In this document: positions 47,482 through 58,374 of the stretch, piece by piece
How positions within the stretch are numbered: the first letter of the stretch is position 1
Layout: every line of letters begins with the position of its first letter
From: an uncultured Gemmatimonadaceae bacterium
GTDB lineage: Bacteria; Gemmatimonadota; Gemmatimonadetes; Gemmatimonadales; Gemmatimonadaceae
Length of the DNA stretch: 64,000 bases
Direction: 5' to 3'
Assembly (NCBI GenBank): GCA_963740355.1
Contig: CAVUDW010000003.1
Location: 1,024,001-1,088,000 of the forward strand
Notes under the pieces: generated by a model
Told to the model about the DNA's origin: nothing
Database searches by the model: none
The model's input: the letters and a program-made list of their open reading frames with translations, nothing else
Translations under genes and position numbers: made by a program

Positions 47482-48134
47482 AGGCCCAGCGCGAGTCGCG
47501 CGCGTCCCGTGATCTCATCGATCGCGCCGACGGCATCGATCGTGGCGATACGGTCACCATTCTGCTCATACCAGGCGAGCACCGGCTCAGTGGACTTCCG
47601 GTAGGCGTCGAGACGCGTCTTGACTGCTTCCGGATCATCATCCTTGCGGCGGACAAGAACGCCACCGCCCTGGCCGCTGACGCATCCGGCCACATCACAC
47701 GATTCGCCGGGCTCACGCCCGGTGAACGGTGCGCTGCACTTGTCGCAGGTGAGGCGGCTGCTGATCCGGCTGATGATTTCATCGTCCGGGATGTCGAAGA
47801 CCAGCACGGCATCGAGCGAACGCCCGAGGTCGGCCAGCACCTTCTCCAACCCGGCTGCCTGCGGCACCGTGCGCACGACGCCATCGAGCACCGCGCCCTT
47901 GGTATAGGCCGGCTGCGACAACGTTTCCTTGATGATGCCAAGGATGACATCGTCTGCGACGAGATCACCACGGTCCATGAAGGCCTTGGCGGCCAGACCC
48001 ATGGGAGTGCCAGCGCGAAGCGCGGCACGCAAGGCTTCGCCGGTAGCAAGGATCGGAACGTCAAGCGCCGCGGCGAGCCGCGGCGCCTGAGTGCCTTTTC
48101 CCGCCCCGGGTTTGCCGAAGAGGACGATAACCAT
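47478..48134 (-). CDS. adk: Adenylate kinase with Cys-containing LID
   Basis: GKPGAGKGTQA, GDLVAD, LDG..RT, RRKDD. Confidence 0.95.
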   Translation of the reverse strand: MVIVLFGKPGAGKGTQAPRLAAALDVPILATGEALRAALRAGTPMGLAAKAFMDRGDLVADDVILGIIKETLSQPAYTKGAVLDGVVRTVPQAAGLEKVLADLGRSLDAVLVFDIPDDEIISRISSRLTCDKCSAPFTGREPGESCDVAGCVSGQGGGVLVRRKDDDPEAVKTRLDAYRKSTEPVLAWYEQNGDRIATIDAVGAIDEITGRARLALGL

Positions 48135-48203
48135 GTGCGAGCGGGGTGTCCGGAGTAGTGCCGAAGAACCGCGAGTCAGGCGACCCGGCGGGACTTCCGG
48201 CGG

Positions 48204-49538
48204 TCAGAGACCGCCGGTTGCCTGCCGTCCGCGATAGCGAACCTTGCCCTTCTTCATGAAGCCATCGTACTGGCGCAGCAAGAGATGCTGCTGCATCTGC
48301 GCCATCGTGTCCAATGCCACACCAACGACGATCAGCAGGCTGGTACCACCGAAGCTGAACGGGACGTTGATCCACTTGGCAATCAACTGCGGGAGCAGCG
48401 CGATGATAGTCAGGAAAAGTGCACCTGGCAGCGTAATGCGGCTCACGACCTGATCGATGTATTCAGCGGTCTTGGCGCCAGGCTTGATGCCCGGGACGAA
48501 ACCGCCCTGCTTCTTCAGGTTCTCGGACAGGTCGATCGGATTGAAGATGATCGACGTGTAGAAGTAGGTGAAGAACAGGATCAACACGGCGCTGAGCACG
48601 AAGTACAGCCACGTACCCGGCGAGAAGAACTCGGCGAAGGTCTTCAGGTTCTCGTTGCCGCTGAACTGTGCGATGGCACTTGGCACCACGATCACCGACT
48701 GCGCGAAGATGATCGGCATCACGCCGGCCGAATTCAGGCGCAGCGGGATGAAGTTTCGCGCTTCCTGCCGCATCCGACCTCGACTCACCGTCCGCTGCGG
48801 GATCTGGATCAGGATGCGGCGTGCCGCCATCGTGATTGCGACCACACCAGCCACCACCGCCAGCATCACCACGCCGAGCACCAGGATCTGGAGCGGACCG
48901 ATGGCGCCACTGCTGAGGAAGCTGAACGTCTGGAAGATGCCCGGCCAGAAGCGTTCGACGATCGAGAAGAAGATGATCAACGACGCGCCATTGCCGAGTC
49001 CACGCTCCGTGATCTGCTCACCAAGCCACATCACGAACATTGCACCCGTCGTCAGGAACAGCGTCATCTGGAGCTTGAACGCAAACCCAGGATTGGCCAC
49101 GGCACCGCCAAGCGATTCCGTGAACAGGCCGAAGCCCCAGCCCTGAATGACGGCGAGGAACACCGTCGCGTAGCGCGTCCACTGCGTCAGCTTCTTCCGG
49201 CCTTCTTCGTCCTTCTGCAGCTTGTCCACCTGCGGCAGCACTGCACCAGCGATCTGCACGAAGATGGAGGCCGAGATGTACGGCATGATGCCCAGCGCGA
49301 ACACGGTCGCCCGGCTCAGGCCACCACCGGAAAACAGGTCATACAGGCCCAGAATTCCGCCGCCGTTACCCTGGTTCTGGAAATACGCCGTGATGGCCAG
49401 CACATCCACGCCTGGGGCGGTGATGTGCGCGCCAACACGGTAGAGCACGAGGCAGATGAACGTGAACGTGATCTTCTGCCACAGCTCGGGCGTGCGATAA
49501 ATATTCGCGACGGTATCCGTCGCGGAGGCCTGTGCCAT
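48204..49538 (-). CDS. secY: Preprotein translocase subunit SecY
   Basis: ALGIMPYISASI, WLGEQITERGLGNGASL, GVMPIIFA, FGGTSLLIVVGV. Confidence 0.98.
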   Translation of the reverse strand: MAQASATDTVANIYRTPELWQKITFTFICLVLYRVGAHITAPGVDVLAITAYFQNQGNGGGILGLYDLFSGGGLSRATVFALGIMPYISASIFVQIAGAVLPQVDKLQKDEEGRKKLTQWTRYATVFLAVIQGWGFGLFTESLGGAVANPGFAFKLQMTLFLTTGAMFVMWLGEQITERGLGNGASLIIFFSIVERFWPGIFQTFSFLSSGAIGPLQILVLGVVMLAVVAGVVAITMAARRILIQIPQRTVSRGRMRQEARNFIPLRLNSAGVMPIIFAQSVIVVPSAIAQFSGNENLKTFAEFFSPGTWLYFVLSAVLILFFTYFYTSIIFNPIDLSENLKKQGGFVPGIKPGAKTAEYIDQVVSRITLPGALFLTIIALLPQLIAKWINVPFSFGGTSLLIVVGVALDTMAQMQQHLLLRQYDGFMKKGKVRYRGRQATGGL

Positions 49539-49541
49539 CCC

Positions 49542-50009
49542 TTACTCCTCGACGCGACCGCCGGCCGCCTCGATCTTCGCCTTGGCGCTGGCGCTCACCT
49601 TCACGCCACGCACCGTGAACGCGCCGGTGACTTCGCCGTTACCGAGCAGCTTGGCCGGACCCTTGTTCACGTTCACCAGCCCTGCTGCCAACAACGTCTC
49701 CGTCGTCACTTCGGTCCCCGTCACCTTTGTCAGTTCATCCAGACGAACGATCTGGTTGACGATGCTGAACGGGTTGGTGAAGCCACGCTTCGGAATACGA
49801 CGGGTCAACGGCATCTGACCGCCTTCGAAGTGCGGCTTGCCGCCGCCCGGGCCGTGATGGCCCGCGCGTGCCTTCTGACCCTTGTGTCCCTTACCTGCCG
49901 TCTTGCCCGTGCCGGAGCCCGGGCCGCGACCGATACGCTTCCGGTTGCGGTGCGAACCTGGTGCTGGCACCAGGTTGTGCAGGCCCAGCTTTTCGATGGT
50001 CTCGCTCAT
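49542..50009 (-). CDS. rplO: 50S ribosomal protein L15
   Basis: RIGRGPGSGTGKT, FEGGQMPL, KIEAAGG. Confidence 0.97.
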   Translation of the reverse strand: MSETIEKLGLHNLVPAPGSHRNRKRIGRGPGSGTGKTAGKGHKGQKARAGHHGPGGGKPHFEGGQMPLTRRIPKRGFTNPFSIVNQIVRLDELTKVTGTEVTTETLLAAGLVNVNKGPAKLLGNGEVTGAFTVRGVKVSASAKAKIEAAGGRVEE

Positions 50010-50016
50010 GGCTCCG

Positions 50017-50271
50017 TTACTCCGCGACCGGGGTCACTTCAAGCAAGTGACGCACCCGCTTGATCTGCCCACGCAAGGACGGACTGTCCTGCTGGATTAC
50101 TTCATCCTGATGATGCTTGAGGCCCAAGGCCTCGAGCGTCGCCTTCTGGACCTGCGGGTGACCGATCCCGCTGCGCACCTGCTTGATGCGCAGCTTGCCG
50201 GTGGTCATCGGCAGGGTCTTCGGCGTCTTCTTCGGGCCCTTGGTCGGACTCCAGAAAAACTCGCGCGGCAT
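50017..50271 (-). CDS. rpmD: 50S ribosomal protein L30 (N-terminally extended)
   Basis: LRIKQVRSGIG..KATLEALGL..RGQIKRVRHLL; operon position. Confidence 0.92.
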   Translation of the reverse strand: MPREFFWSPTKGPKKTPKTLPMTTGKLRIKQVRSGIGHPQVQKATLEALGLKHHQDEVIQQDSPSLRGQIKRVRHLLEVTPVAE

Positions 50272-51038
50272 TATGCAACCTCCTTCGACTTGGCCCGGCT
50301 CAGGTACTGAATCGAGCTGACTTCAATACCGCGCTCACGCGCGATCTGGTCAACCGTCACCAGCTCCGCCAGGCCGGCCATCACCGCGCGCACGAGATTG
50401 TGCGGGTTGGTGCTGCCAAGGCTCTTGGTAAGGATATCCTGGATACCGACGCACTCGAACACTGCGCGGACGGCACCACCTGCGATCACACCGGCACCCG
50501 GAGCAGCAGGCTTCATCAACACCTTGCCTGCGCCGTGCTTGCCGAGGACTTCGTGCGGGATCGTGGCGCCGGTCAGCGGCACGCTCACCATGTTGCGCTT
50601 GGCGCCTTCGACGGCCTTACGGACCGCCTCTGACACTTCATTCGCCTTTCCGGTCGCATACCCGACCTTGCCCTTCCCGTCGCCAACGGCCACGAGGGCG
50701 TTGAACGAGAAGCGACGACCACCCTTCACGACCTTGGCGACGCGGTTGATCGCAACCACGTTCTCGACCAGATCGGACTGCTCGCGCTCGCCACCGCGGT
50801 TATCACCGCCGCGACCACGGCCTTCACGATTGCCACCGGGGCCACCATCGCGACCGCCACGGTTGCCGCCGGGACCACCAGGGCCTCCGCCGCCAGGACC
50901 GCCGCGACCTGCTCCGCCCCCACGACCACCACCACCGCCCCCACGACCACCACGGGCTCCACCACCACCACCCGGGCCACGGCCTGCGGGGCGCGACGTC
51001 TCACTCGACGGCGCAGTTACGTTCGGCTGATCTGCCAT
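50271..51038 (-). CDS. rpsE: 30S ribosomal protein S5 (Gly/Arg-rich N-terminal extension)
   Basis: [38 protein letters not shown]. Confidence 0.97.
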   Translation of the reverse strand: MADQPNVTAPSSETSRPAGRGPGGGGGARGGRGGGGGGRGGGAGRGGPGGGGPGGPGGNRGGRDGGPGGNREGRGRGGDNRGGEREQSDLVENVVAINRVAKVVKGGRRFSFNALVAVGDGKGKVGYATGKANEVSEAVRKAVEGAKRNMVSVPLTGATIPHEVLGKHGAGKVLMKPAAPGAGVIAGGAVRAVFECVGIQDILTKSLGSTNPHNLVRAVMAGLAELVTVDQIARERGIEVSSIQYLSRAKSKEVA

Positions 51039-51039
51039 A

Positions 51040-51396
51040 TCAGAACTCCAGGCCGCCTTCGCGGGCGCCGTCGGCGACCGCCTTCACGCGGCCATGGTAC
51101 TTGTAGCCTGCACGGTCGAAGACGACCTTCGACACGCCCGCTGCCTTCGCCTTTTCGGCGATCATCTTGCCGACCTGCACCGACTTCTCGCTCTTCTTGC
51201 CTTCGAGCTTGACGCTGGTGACGGTCATCATCGTCCGGCCGGTCGTGTCGTCCACGATCTGCGCCGTGATGTGCTTCAGCGACCGGAACACAACCAACCG
51301 GGGCCGTTCCGGCGTGCCTGCCACGTTCTTGCGAACGCGCAGGTGACGACGGGCGCGCAAATCCTGGCGCGTCTTCGGAATCCGCATCTTCGGCAT
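51040..51396 (-). CDS. rplR: 50S ribosomal protein L18
   Basis: [24 protein letters not shown]. Confidence 0.97.
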   Translation of the reverse strand: MPKMRIPKTRQDLRARRHLRVRKNVAGTPERPRLVVFRSLKHITAQIVDDTTGRTMMTVTSVKLEGKKSEKSVQVGKMIAEKAKAAGVSKVVFDRAGYKYHGRVKAVADGAREGGLEF

Positions 51397-51935
51397 TACT
51401 TACCCCCGGCCTTACCCGCCTTACGGCGAATGACTTCACCCTGATACTTGACGCCCTTGCCCTTGTACGGCTCGGGCGGACGCAGGCTGCGGATTTCCGC
51501 GGCGACCTGGCCAACGACTTCCTTGTTCGCGCCATCCACCACGATCGACGTCGGCGTCGGGGCATTCAACTTGATGCCCTCCGGTGCCTTCACCTCGATC
51601 TGATGGCTGTAGCCAAGCGACATCAACAAGCCGTAGGGCTTGTTCTCTGCCTTGTAGCCGACACCGACGATATCGAGGTTCTTCTGGAACCCCTTCGTCA
51701 CGCCGTCGACCATGTTGGCCACCAGCGTCCGGGTCAGGCCGTGCATCGCCTTCGAGGCCGTTTCGTCATTCGGACGAACGACATTGATCACGCTGCCTTC
51801 CACCTTCACCGTGACGATCGGCGGCAGGGAGCGCGAGAGCGTCCCACGCGGGCCCTTCACCGTCACGTTGCGTCCCTCGAGCGTCACCGTCACGCCAGCC
51901 GGCACGTCGATCGGCTTCTTTCCAATTCGCGACAT
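51396..51935 (-). CDS. rplF: 50S ribosomal protein L6
   Basis: [22 protein letters not shown]. Confidence 0.98.
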   Translation of the reverse strand: MSRIGKKPIDVPAGVTVTLEGRNVTVKGPRGTLSRSLPPIVTVKVEGSVINVVRPNDETASKAMHGLTRTLVANMVDGVTKGFQKNLDIVGVGYKAENKPYGLLMSLGYSHQIEVKAPEGIKLNAPTPTSIVVDGANKEVVGQVAAEIRSLRPPEPYKGKGVKYQGEVIRRKAGKAGGK

Positions 51936-51947
51936 CGCAATCTCTCC

Positions 51948-52349
51948 TTAGTACACGATGGCGAGGAGCTCGCCACCAGTGTTGGCGCGACGCGCTTCGC
52001 GGTCGGACATCAGGCCCTTGCTGGTGCTGACAATGGCCATGCCCAACCCGTTGCGCACGCGCGGAATCTCCGTCACGCCCACGTACTTCCGCAGGCCTGG
52101 CGTCGAGATGCGCTTCAATTCGCGAATGACCGGCTGACCGCCGGGAGCGTACTTGAGGATCACGCGCAGCAGCTTGCGGCCTTCCTCGGTGTCGATCACA
52201 CGGTAGTCCGTGATGTAGCTCGACTCCTTGAGGATGCGGGCAACCTGCACCTTCAACTTCGACGACGGCATGTCGACTCGACGGTGGCGCGCGCCAATGG
52301 CGTTGCGCAACCGCGTCAGCATGTCGGCGATCGGATCTGTCATGCTCAT
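51948..52349 (-). CDS. rpsH: 30S ribosomal protein S8
   Basis: DPIADMLTRLRN, STPGLRKY, STSKG, GGE. Confidence 0.98.
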   Translation of the reverse strand: MSMTDPIADMLTRLRNAIGARHRRVDMPSSKLKVQVARILKESSYITDYRVIDTEEGRKLLRVILKYAPGGQPVIRELKRISTPGLRKYVGVTEIPRVRNGLGMAIVSTSKGLMSDREARRANTGGELLAIVY

Positions 52350-52429
52350 GAATGGGTCCTGTGCGCCCTTCGTGTCCCGTCAGACGGGACGTGAGGACTG
52401 GAAAAAGAAAAGACTGCGACGAACTGGAC

Positions 52430-52735
52430 TTACCAGCTCGCCTTTGTCACGCCGGGAAGGAAGCCGTTGAGGGCCAGCTCCCGGAACTTGTTACGGCCGA
52501 GCCCGAACTGGCGCACGAACCCACGCGGCCGACCGGTCAACTCGCACCGGTTGCGGTACCGCGTCGCCGACGAATCGCGGGGCAGGTTACGCAGCTTTTC
52601 GTAGGCGGCGTCCCGTGCATCCGGATCAGTCTTCGGATCAAGAATAACCTTCTTCAGCTCAGCACGCTTGGCAGCGTACTTCACGATCAGCGCCTTGCGC
52701 TGGGCGTTGCGAACGACCTTGCTGGTCTTTGCCAT
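52430..52735 (-). CDS. rpsN: 30S ribosomal protein S14 (long, Zn-ribbon-less type)
   Basis: [31 protein letters not shown]; 101 aa. Confidence 0.96.
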   Translation of the reverse strand: MAKTSKVVRNAQRKALIVKYAAKRAELKKVILDPKTDPDARDAAYEKLRNLPRDSSATRYRNRCELTGRPRGFVRQFGLGRNKFRELALNGFLPGVTKASW

Positions 52736-52745
52736 GTCTCAGAAC

Positions 52746-53513
52746 TCAGGTCAGCGGGGGAATGTTCGGAGACTCGCCCTTGAACGGCATCCCCAGTTCA
52801 CGCAGCAGCGCCAGTGCCTGATCGTCCTTGGTCGACGACGTCACGAACGTGATGTCCATGCCGTGCACGTGCTCCACCATGTCGTAGTTGATCTCCGGGA
52901 AGATCATCTGTTCCTTGACGCCCAGCGAGTAGTTGCCACGGCCGTCGAAGGCGCGGGTGCCGAGTCCACGGAAGTCACGGATACGGGGGATCGAGATCGT
53001 CACGAACCGATCGAGGAATTCCCACATCCGGGCGCCGCGCATCGTCACCTGGGCACCGATCTCCTGGCCTTCGCGCAAGCCGTAGTTGGCGATCGACTTC
53101 TTCGCCTTCCGACGGATCGGCTTCTGGCCGGTGATCAGTTCCAATTCCTCGCAGACCGAATCGAGCACCTTCGGCGTCTTGATCGCTTCGCCCACGCCGC
53201 AGTTGATCACGATCTTCTCGAGCGTCGGGATCTCGTGCACGTTTTCGAGGCTGAACTGCTTGGCCAGGCGATCACGCACCGTGGCCACATAGAACCGCTT
53301 GAGGCGTGGCTCGATGGGGGCCAGCGCCGCGCCGGTGTGCGGTCCGCGCGCGGCCTTCTCGGCGTTGCGACGGCTGTTTTCCGCACCCTTCGAGCTCTTG
53401 CTGGCACCACCCTGCTTGCCACCCTTCCCGCCGGCGGGCGCTCCGCCCTTGCCGCCCTTGGCCGCCGGGGCAGCGTTCTTGCCGCCCTTCGCGCCCTTCT
53501 CCTTCGTCGCCAT
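52746..53513 (-). CDS. rplE: 50S ribosomal protein L5 (Lys/Gly/Ala-rich N-terminal extension)
   Basis: EKIVINCGVG, ITGQKP, PRIRDFRG, FDGRGNY, FPEI. Confidence 0.97.
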   Translation of the reverse strand: MATKEKGAKGGKNAAPAAKGGKGGAPAGGKGGKQGGASKSSKGAENSRRNAEKAARGPHTGAALAPIEPRLKRFYVATVRDRLAKQFSLENVHEIPTLEKIVINCGVGEAIKTPKVLDSVCEELELITGQKPIRRKAKKSIANYGLREGQEIGAQVTMRGARMWEFLDRFVTISIPRIRDFRGLGTRAFDGRGNYSLGVKEQMIFPEINYDMVEHVHGMDITFVTSSTKDDQALALLRELGMPFKGESPNIPPLT

Positions 53514-53530
53514 TCTCTATCTCCTCGCGG

Positions 53531-53929
53531 TCAGCGTGTACGCGGGATGACATCCCCGCTCTTCACGCTCACCCGCTCCTTCGTGCCGTCAGTGTCGATC
53601 CGCGCACGGATGCGCGTCGCCTTGCCCGTCTTCGGATCGATCAGCATCACGTTCGACAGCGCGACTGGCGCCGGCTTCTCGATGATGCCGCCCGTTTCTT
53701 CAGGGCGCGTCGCGCGCGTGTGGCGCTTGACGATGTTGATGCCCTCGACGAGCACGCGGCCCGTCTTCAGGAACACGCGCATGACCTTGCCCGTCTTCCC
53801 CTTGTCGCTGCCCCGCATCACCTGGACCGTGTCGCCCTTCGTGATCTTGGTGACCACGCGGACGGTGTTACCAGCGTGCCGCTTGCGCAGCTTCTGTCCT
53901 TCGGTCTTCCGATACTTGAGAATGCGCAT
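53531..53929 (-). CDS. rplX: 50S ribosomal protein L24
   Basis: KGDTVQVMRGSDKGKTGKV, VEGINIVKRH. Confidence 0.96.
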   Translation of the reverse strand: MRILKYRKTEGQKLRKRHAGNTVRVVTKITKGDTVQVMRGSDKGKTGKVMRVFLKTGRVLVEGINIVKRHTRATRPEETGGIIEKPAPVALSNVMLIDPKTGKATRIRARIDTDGTKERVSVKSGDVIPRTR

Positions 53930-53932
53930 GGC

Positions 53933-54301
53933 TTAGAGCACCTCAGGCGCCAGCGAAACGATCTTCGTGTACTTCTTTTCACGAAGTTCGCGCGCCACTG
54001 GGCCGAAGATGCGCGTGCCGCGCGGCTCTCCGGCATCGTTGATGATCACGACGGCGTTTTCGTCGAAGCGGATGTACGTGCCGTCCTTGCGTCGGGTCTC
54101 CTTGACCGTGCGCACGACGACCGCCTTGGCCACATCGGACTTCTTCACCGTGCCATTCGGGAGCGCGTCCTTGACCGCCACGATGACCTTGTCGCCAAGG
54201 CCGGCGTAACGGCGGGCCGAGCCGCCCAGCACGCGGATGACGAGGGCTTTCTTGGCCCCCGAGTTATCCGCGACCTTTACCACTGATTCCTGTTGGATCA
54301 T
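53933..54301 (-). CDS. rplN: 50S ribosomal protein L14
   Basis: [27 protein letters not shown]. Confidence 0.98.
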   Translation of the reverse strand: MIQQESVVKVADNSGAKKALVIRVLGGSARRYAGLGDKVIVAVKDALPNGTVKKSDVAKAVVVRTVKETRRKDGTYIRFDENAVVIINDAGEPRGTRIFGPVARELREKKYTKIVSLAPEVL

Positions 54302-54316
54302 TGTCGTCGCCCCCGG

Positions 54317-54601
54317 TCAGCGCGCGCGCTCGACGATCTCGACGACCCGCCAACGCTTGGTCTTCGAGAGCGGTCGCGTCTCCATGACGCGTACCGTATC
54401 ACCCTGCTTCGCCGAATTCTCCTCGTCGTGCGCCTTCACGGTCTTCGTGAGCGTCATCATCTTGCCGTACTGCGGATGCGGCACACGACGCTCGATCGTG
54501 ACGACCACCGTCTTGTCCATCTTGTCGCTCGTCACCACGCCGGTCCGGATCTTCCGGGCCAGGCGCGTGTTCGCGGCTGAGGACTGCTGAGTCTCTGCCA
54601 T
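54317..54601 (-). CDS. rpsQ: 30S ribosomal protein S17
   Basis: [25 protein letters not shown]. Confidence 0.97.
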   Translation of the reverse strand: MAETQQSSAANTRLARKIRTGVVTSDKMDKTVVVTIERRVPHPQYGKMMTLTKTVKAHDEENSAKQGDTVRVMETRPLSKTKRWRVVEIVERAR

Positions 54602-54609
54602 ATATCTCC

Positions 54610-54801
54610 TTACTTACCCTGCCGCTGACGCAGCACAGTCATGAGTCGGGCCACATCGCGACGAATCGCGCGCTTGCGCAGCGGATTCTCCAGCTGTTCG
54701 GTCGCACCACGGAAGCGCAAACGGAACCGCTCTTCCTGCAGTTCGGCGATCCGCTGCTGGATCGCGTCAACGGTCAATTCCTGAATTTCACTCGCCAGCA
54801 T
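54610..54801 (-). CDS. rpmC: 50S ribosomal protein L29
   Basis: [27 protein letters not shown]; operon position. Confidence 0.92.
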   Translation of the reverse strand: MLASEIQELTVDAIQQRIAELQEERFRLRFRGATEQLENPLRKRAIRRDVARLMTVLRQRQGK

Positions 54802-55219
54802 CGGTATGCGCCTCCTCACGCACGACGAACTTCGTCTTCACGGAGAGCTTGGCCGATGCCAACGCGAGCGCCCGTTCGGCGGTCTCACGCGTCACTCCCT
54901 CGAGCTCGAACAGCATGCGGCCAGGCTTGACCACAGCCACCCATCCTTCCGGCGATCCCTTGCCCTTACCCATGCGCGTTTCCGCCGGCTTCTTGGTGAT
55001 CGGCTTGTCCGGGAAGATACGAATCCAGACCTTGCCGCCACGCTTGATGAAGCGCGTCATCGCGATACGCGCTGCCTCGATCTGCCGGTTGGAAATCCAG
55101 CCCGGCTCGAGCGACTGCAGCCCGAAGTGGCCGAAGGCCACCGTATTGCCACGGCGAGCGACACCTGTCGTCCGCCCCTTGAACATCTTGCGGAACTTGA
55201 TCCGCTTAGGACTCAGCAT
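54788..55219 (-). CDS. rplP: 50S ribosomal protein L16
   Basis: [29 protein letters not shown]. Confidence 0.98.
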   Translation of the reverse strand: MLSPKRIKFRKMFKGRTTGVARRGNTVAFGHFGLQSLEPGWISNRQIEAARIAMTRFIKRGGKVWIRIFPDKPITKKPAETRMGKGKGSPEGWVAVVKPGRMLFELEGVTRETAERALALASAKLSVKTKFVVREEAHTDAGE

Positions 55220-55232
55220 TGGTCAGTACCCC

Positions 55233-55892
55233 TCACGCGCCGGTCGAGTAGGTCTTGCCACGCCGATCTTCCACCACTTCGCCCTTGTAGATCCAGACCT
55301 TGATACCGATGGTGCCAAAGGTGGTCTTCGCGGTTGACTGCGCGTAGTCGATGTCGGCGCGCAGCGTGTGGAGCGGAGTGCGCCCCTCGTTGTAGCCTTC
55401 GACGCGCGCGATTTCCGCACCGCCCAGACGACCGCTGCACTTGATCTTGATGCCCTGCGCGCCCATCCGCATCGCGCTCTGCACCGCACGCTTCATGGCG
55501 CGACGGAACGAGATGCGCTGCGCGAGCTGGTTCGCGACGTTGTCGCCGACCAACTGCGCGTCGAGCTCGGGACGCTTGATTTCCTCGACGTTGATGCCGA
55601 TTTCCTTGCCCGTGAGCTGAGCCAGCTCATCGCGCAGCTTGTCGACTTCCGCGCCCTTCTTGCCGATCACGACGCCTGGACGGCCCGTGTGCAGCGTCAC
55701 CGTCGCCTTGCCCGGCTTCCGCTCGATGCGGATGTCGGACAGCGCCGCATGCTCGAGGCGCTTGTGCAGGTACTTCCGCAGCAACGCGTCTTCCTTCAGC
55801 AGCTGCGGGTAGTCCCGGTTCGCATACCACGTCGACCGCCACGTCTTGGACACGCCAAGACGAAAGCCGATCGGATTGGTCTTCTGACCCAT
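55233..55892 (-). CDS. rpsC: 30S ribosomal protein S3
   Basis: [42 protein letters not shown]. Confidence 0.98.
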   Translation of the reverse strand: MGQKTNPIGFRLGVSKTWRSTWYANRDYPQLLKEDALLRKYLHKRLEHAALSDIRIERKPGKATVTLHTGRPGVVIGKKGAEVDKLRDELAQLTGKEIGINVEEIKRPELDAQLVGDNVANQLAQRISFRRAMKRAVQSAMRMGAQGIKIKCSGRLGGAEIARVEGYNEGRTPLHTLRADIDYAQSTAKTTFGTIGIKVWIYKGEVVEDRRGKTYSTGA

Positions 55893-56269
55893 TAGCGCGT
55901 CCCCCGCTCAGTCACCGTGATCTCGATGTGGCTCGTCCGCTTGATCATCGGCGTGGCCCGCCCCATCGCCGCTGGCGTGAAGCGCTTCAACTTCGGTCCT
56001 TCATTCACCACCGCGCGGGTGATCACGAGCTGGTCGACATCGACCGGCGTCCGGCTCTCACGGCTCGCATACTCCGCATTCGCCACCGCCGAGTCGAGGA
56101 CCTTCTTGATCTCCTTCGACGCGTGCTTCTTCGAGAACTGCAGCAGCGCGAGCGCTTCGTTCACGCTCTTGCCACGGATCTGGTCGACAACCAGGCGCAC
56201 CTTGTAGGGCGACTGGCGCGTGCCACGCTGGATGGCCTTCGCCTCATGCAGGATGACTGTCTCCGCCAT
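55892..56269 (-). CDS. rplV: 50S ribosomal protein L22
   Basis: [34 protein letters not shown]. Confidence 0.97.
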   Translation of the reverse strand: MAETVILHEAKAIQRGTRQSPYKVRLVVDQIRGKSVNEALALLQFSKKHASKEIKKVLDSAVANAEYASRESRTPVDVDQLVITRAVVNEGPKLKRFTPAAMGRATPMIKRTSHIEITVTERGTR

Positions 56270-56272
56270 GAT

Positions 56273-56578
56273 TTACTTGCCTCCCTTCGGCGCGCCGCCG
56301 GTCTTCTTGTCGGCTGCCTTCTGGCCCACGTGACCGCGGAACAGACGCGTCGGCGAGAATTCGCCGAACTTGTGGCCGACCATGTTTTCCGTCACGTACA
56401 CGGGCACGAACTTGTTGCCGTTGTGCACCGCGAAGGTGTGACCGACGAAGTCCGGCAGCACCGTGCTGGCGCGGCTCCACGTCTTGATCACCTTCTTCTC
56501 GTTCTTGGCGTTCATCGCAGCCACCCGTTCCACCAGGCGCGTCTGCACGAACGGCCCCTTCTTCAGACTCCGAGCCAT
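56273..56578 (-). CDS. rpsS: 30S ribosomal protein S19
   Basis: [27 protein letters not shown]. Confidence 0.98.
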   Translation of the reverse strand: MARSLKKGPFVQTRLVERVAAMNAKNEKKVIKTWSRASTVLPDFVGHTFAVHNGNKFVPVYVTENMVGHKFGEFSPTRLFRGHVGQKAADKKTGGAPKGGK

Positions 56579-56593
56579 TAGTCGTCGCTCCGG

Positions 56594-57424
56594 TTACTGG
56601 GTTGCCTTGCCACGCTTCCGACCGCGCACGATCAGGCGCTGCGAGGCCTTCTTCTTGTTGCGCGTCTTCACGCCTTCCTTGTTGCCCCACTTGTCCACGA
56701 CGTTCCGGCCGCCGCGCGTACGACCACCATGCGGGTGATCGACCGGGTTCATCACTTCACCACGCACCTTCGGACGCTTGCCCAACCAGCGGCTCTTGCC
56801 CGCCTTGCCATGGCTCAGCAGCTCGTGCTCGGCGTTACCCACCTCGCCGATCGTCGCCATGCAGGTGCCATGAATCATGCGCATCTCCGAGCTCGGCAGA
56901 CGCAGCGTGACGTAATCGCCTTCCTTCGCCATCACCGTCAGGCTCGAGCCGGCTGACCGCGCCAGCTGACCGCCCTTACCCGGCTTCAGCTCGACGTTGT
57001 GCACCGACGTGCCGAGCGGCATTTCCTTCAGCGGCAGGCAGTTGGCGAGGCGCACATCCGACCCCGGGCCGCTGACGATCGTGTCGCCGACGTTCAGGCC
57101 CTTCGGGTGGATGATGTAGCGCTTCTCGCCATCCGCGTACTCGACCAGCGCGATACGCGCCGAACGGTTCGGGTCGTACTCGATCTCGCGCACCGTGGCG
57201 ACCATGCCGAACTTGTTGCGCTTGAAGTCGATGATGCGGTACTTCCGCTTGTGACCACCACCGATGCGACGCATCGAGATGTGACCGTGGTTGTCGCGAC
57301 CACCGCTCTTCTTGAGCGGCTCGGTGAGCGACTTCTCCGGCGTCGTGCGGGTGATCACGGCGAAGTCCGACACGCTGCGGAAGCGCGACGACTTCGTCAC
57401 TGGCTTGAATTGACGAATGCCCAT
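56594..57424 (-). CDS. rplB: 50S ribosomal protein L2
   Basis: [35 protein letters not shown]. Confidence 0.98.
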   Translation of the reverse strand: MGIRQFKPVTKSSRFRSVSDFAVITRTTPEKSLTEPLKKSGGRDNHGHISMRRIGGGHKRKYRIIDFKRNKFGMVATVREIEYDPNRSARIALVEYADGEKRYIIHPKGLNVGDTIVSGPGSDVRLANCLPLKEMPLGTSVHNVELKPGKGGQLARSAGSSLTVMAKEGDYVTLRLPSSEMRMIHGTCMATIGEVGNAEHELLSHGKAGKSRWLGKRPKVRGEVMNPVDHPHGGRTRGGRNVVDKWGNKEGVKTRNKKKASQRLIVRGRKRGKATQ

Positions 57425-57427
57425 CGC

Positions 57428-57715
57428 TTAACCCTCGAAGACCGGGATCGTGTCTCCGGCCTTCAGCCGCACGATCGCCTTCTTGTAGTTGGGACGCTTC
57501 CCCTTGGACTGCCCCACCGTGCGCTGCTTGCCGCGGCAGTTGAGCGTCCACACGTCGGTCACCGTCACGCCGAACAGGATCTGGATGGCGTTCGCGATGC
57601 CGTGCTTCGTTGACTTCGGGTGAACCTGGAAGGTGTACTCACCGAGGTTCTGGTACGCCGTGCTGCTCCGCTCACTGATGATCGGGCGCACGATGGTCTC
57701 GTGGATCGTCGGCAT
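57428..57715 (-). CDS. rplW: 50S ribosomal protein L23
   Basis: RPIISE, YTFQV, KKAIVRL. Confidence 0.95.
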   Translation of the reverse strand: MPTIHETIVRPIISERSSTAYQNLGEYTFQVHPKSTKHGIANAIQILFGVTVTDVWTLNCRGKQRTVGQSKGKRPNYKKAIVRLKAGDTIPVFEG

Positions 57716-57716
57716 G

Positions 57717-58370
57717 TTACTTCGCCTCCGCAGCGGCTGCCGTCTGCGCGGTCAGCGCCGAGGCTTCGATGATGACCACGTCCGACCACATCACATGGTA
57801 CGTACCGACATCCTGGTACGGCATGACGTGGGTCGACGGGATGTTGCGTGCGCTGAGGAACGTCATCGGCTTCACACCATCCGTGAGGAACAACACCTTC
57901 CGATCCGCCACGCCCAGCTTGCCGAGCAGCGACAGCATCGCCTTCGTGCTCGGTGCCTTCATCTCGAAGGAATCGATCACGAGGAGGTCGTTCTCACGGG
58001 CGCGGACGTTCAATGCGCTCTTCTTGCCCAGCGTCCGGACCTTCTTCTGCACGCGCTGCGTGTAGTCACGCGGCGTCGGGCCGAAGACGGTACCACCACC
58101 CGGCCAGTGCGGGGCGCGGGTCGAGCCCTGACGGGCGCGGCCAGTTCCCTTCTGCTTCCACGGCTTCTGGTTACCACCCACCACCTTGCCGCGCGTCTTG
58201 GTCGACGCGGTGCCCTGGCGCTGGTTGGCCAGCGTGGCCTTCACCACCTGATGGATCACCGGCACGTTCACCGTTCCGTCGAACAGCGCCTCGGGCAGCG
58301 TGATCGCTGCCTTCGCCTTGCCGTCCGCGCTGAACGCGCGTGCCTGCAGTGTCATTGTCTCTGTCGTCAT
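57717..58370 (-). CDS. rplD: 50S ribosomal protein L4
   Basis: RQGTASTKTR, KPWKQKGTGRARQGS, GGGTVFGP. Confidence 0.97.
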   Translation of the reverse strand: MTTETMTLQARAFSADGKAKAAITLPEALFDGTVNVPVIHQVVKATLANQRQGTASTKTRGKVVGGNQKPWKQKGTGRARQGSTRAPHWPGGGTVFGPTPRDYTQRVQKKVRTLGKKSALNVRARENDLLVIDSFEMKAPSTKAMLSLLGKLGVADRKVLFLTDGVKPMTFLSARNIPSTHVMPYQDVGTYHVMWSDVVIIEASALTAQTAAAAEAK

Positions 58371-58374
58371 CGGC

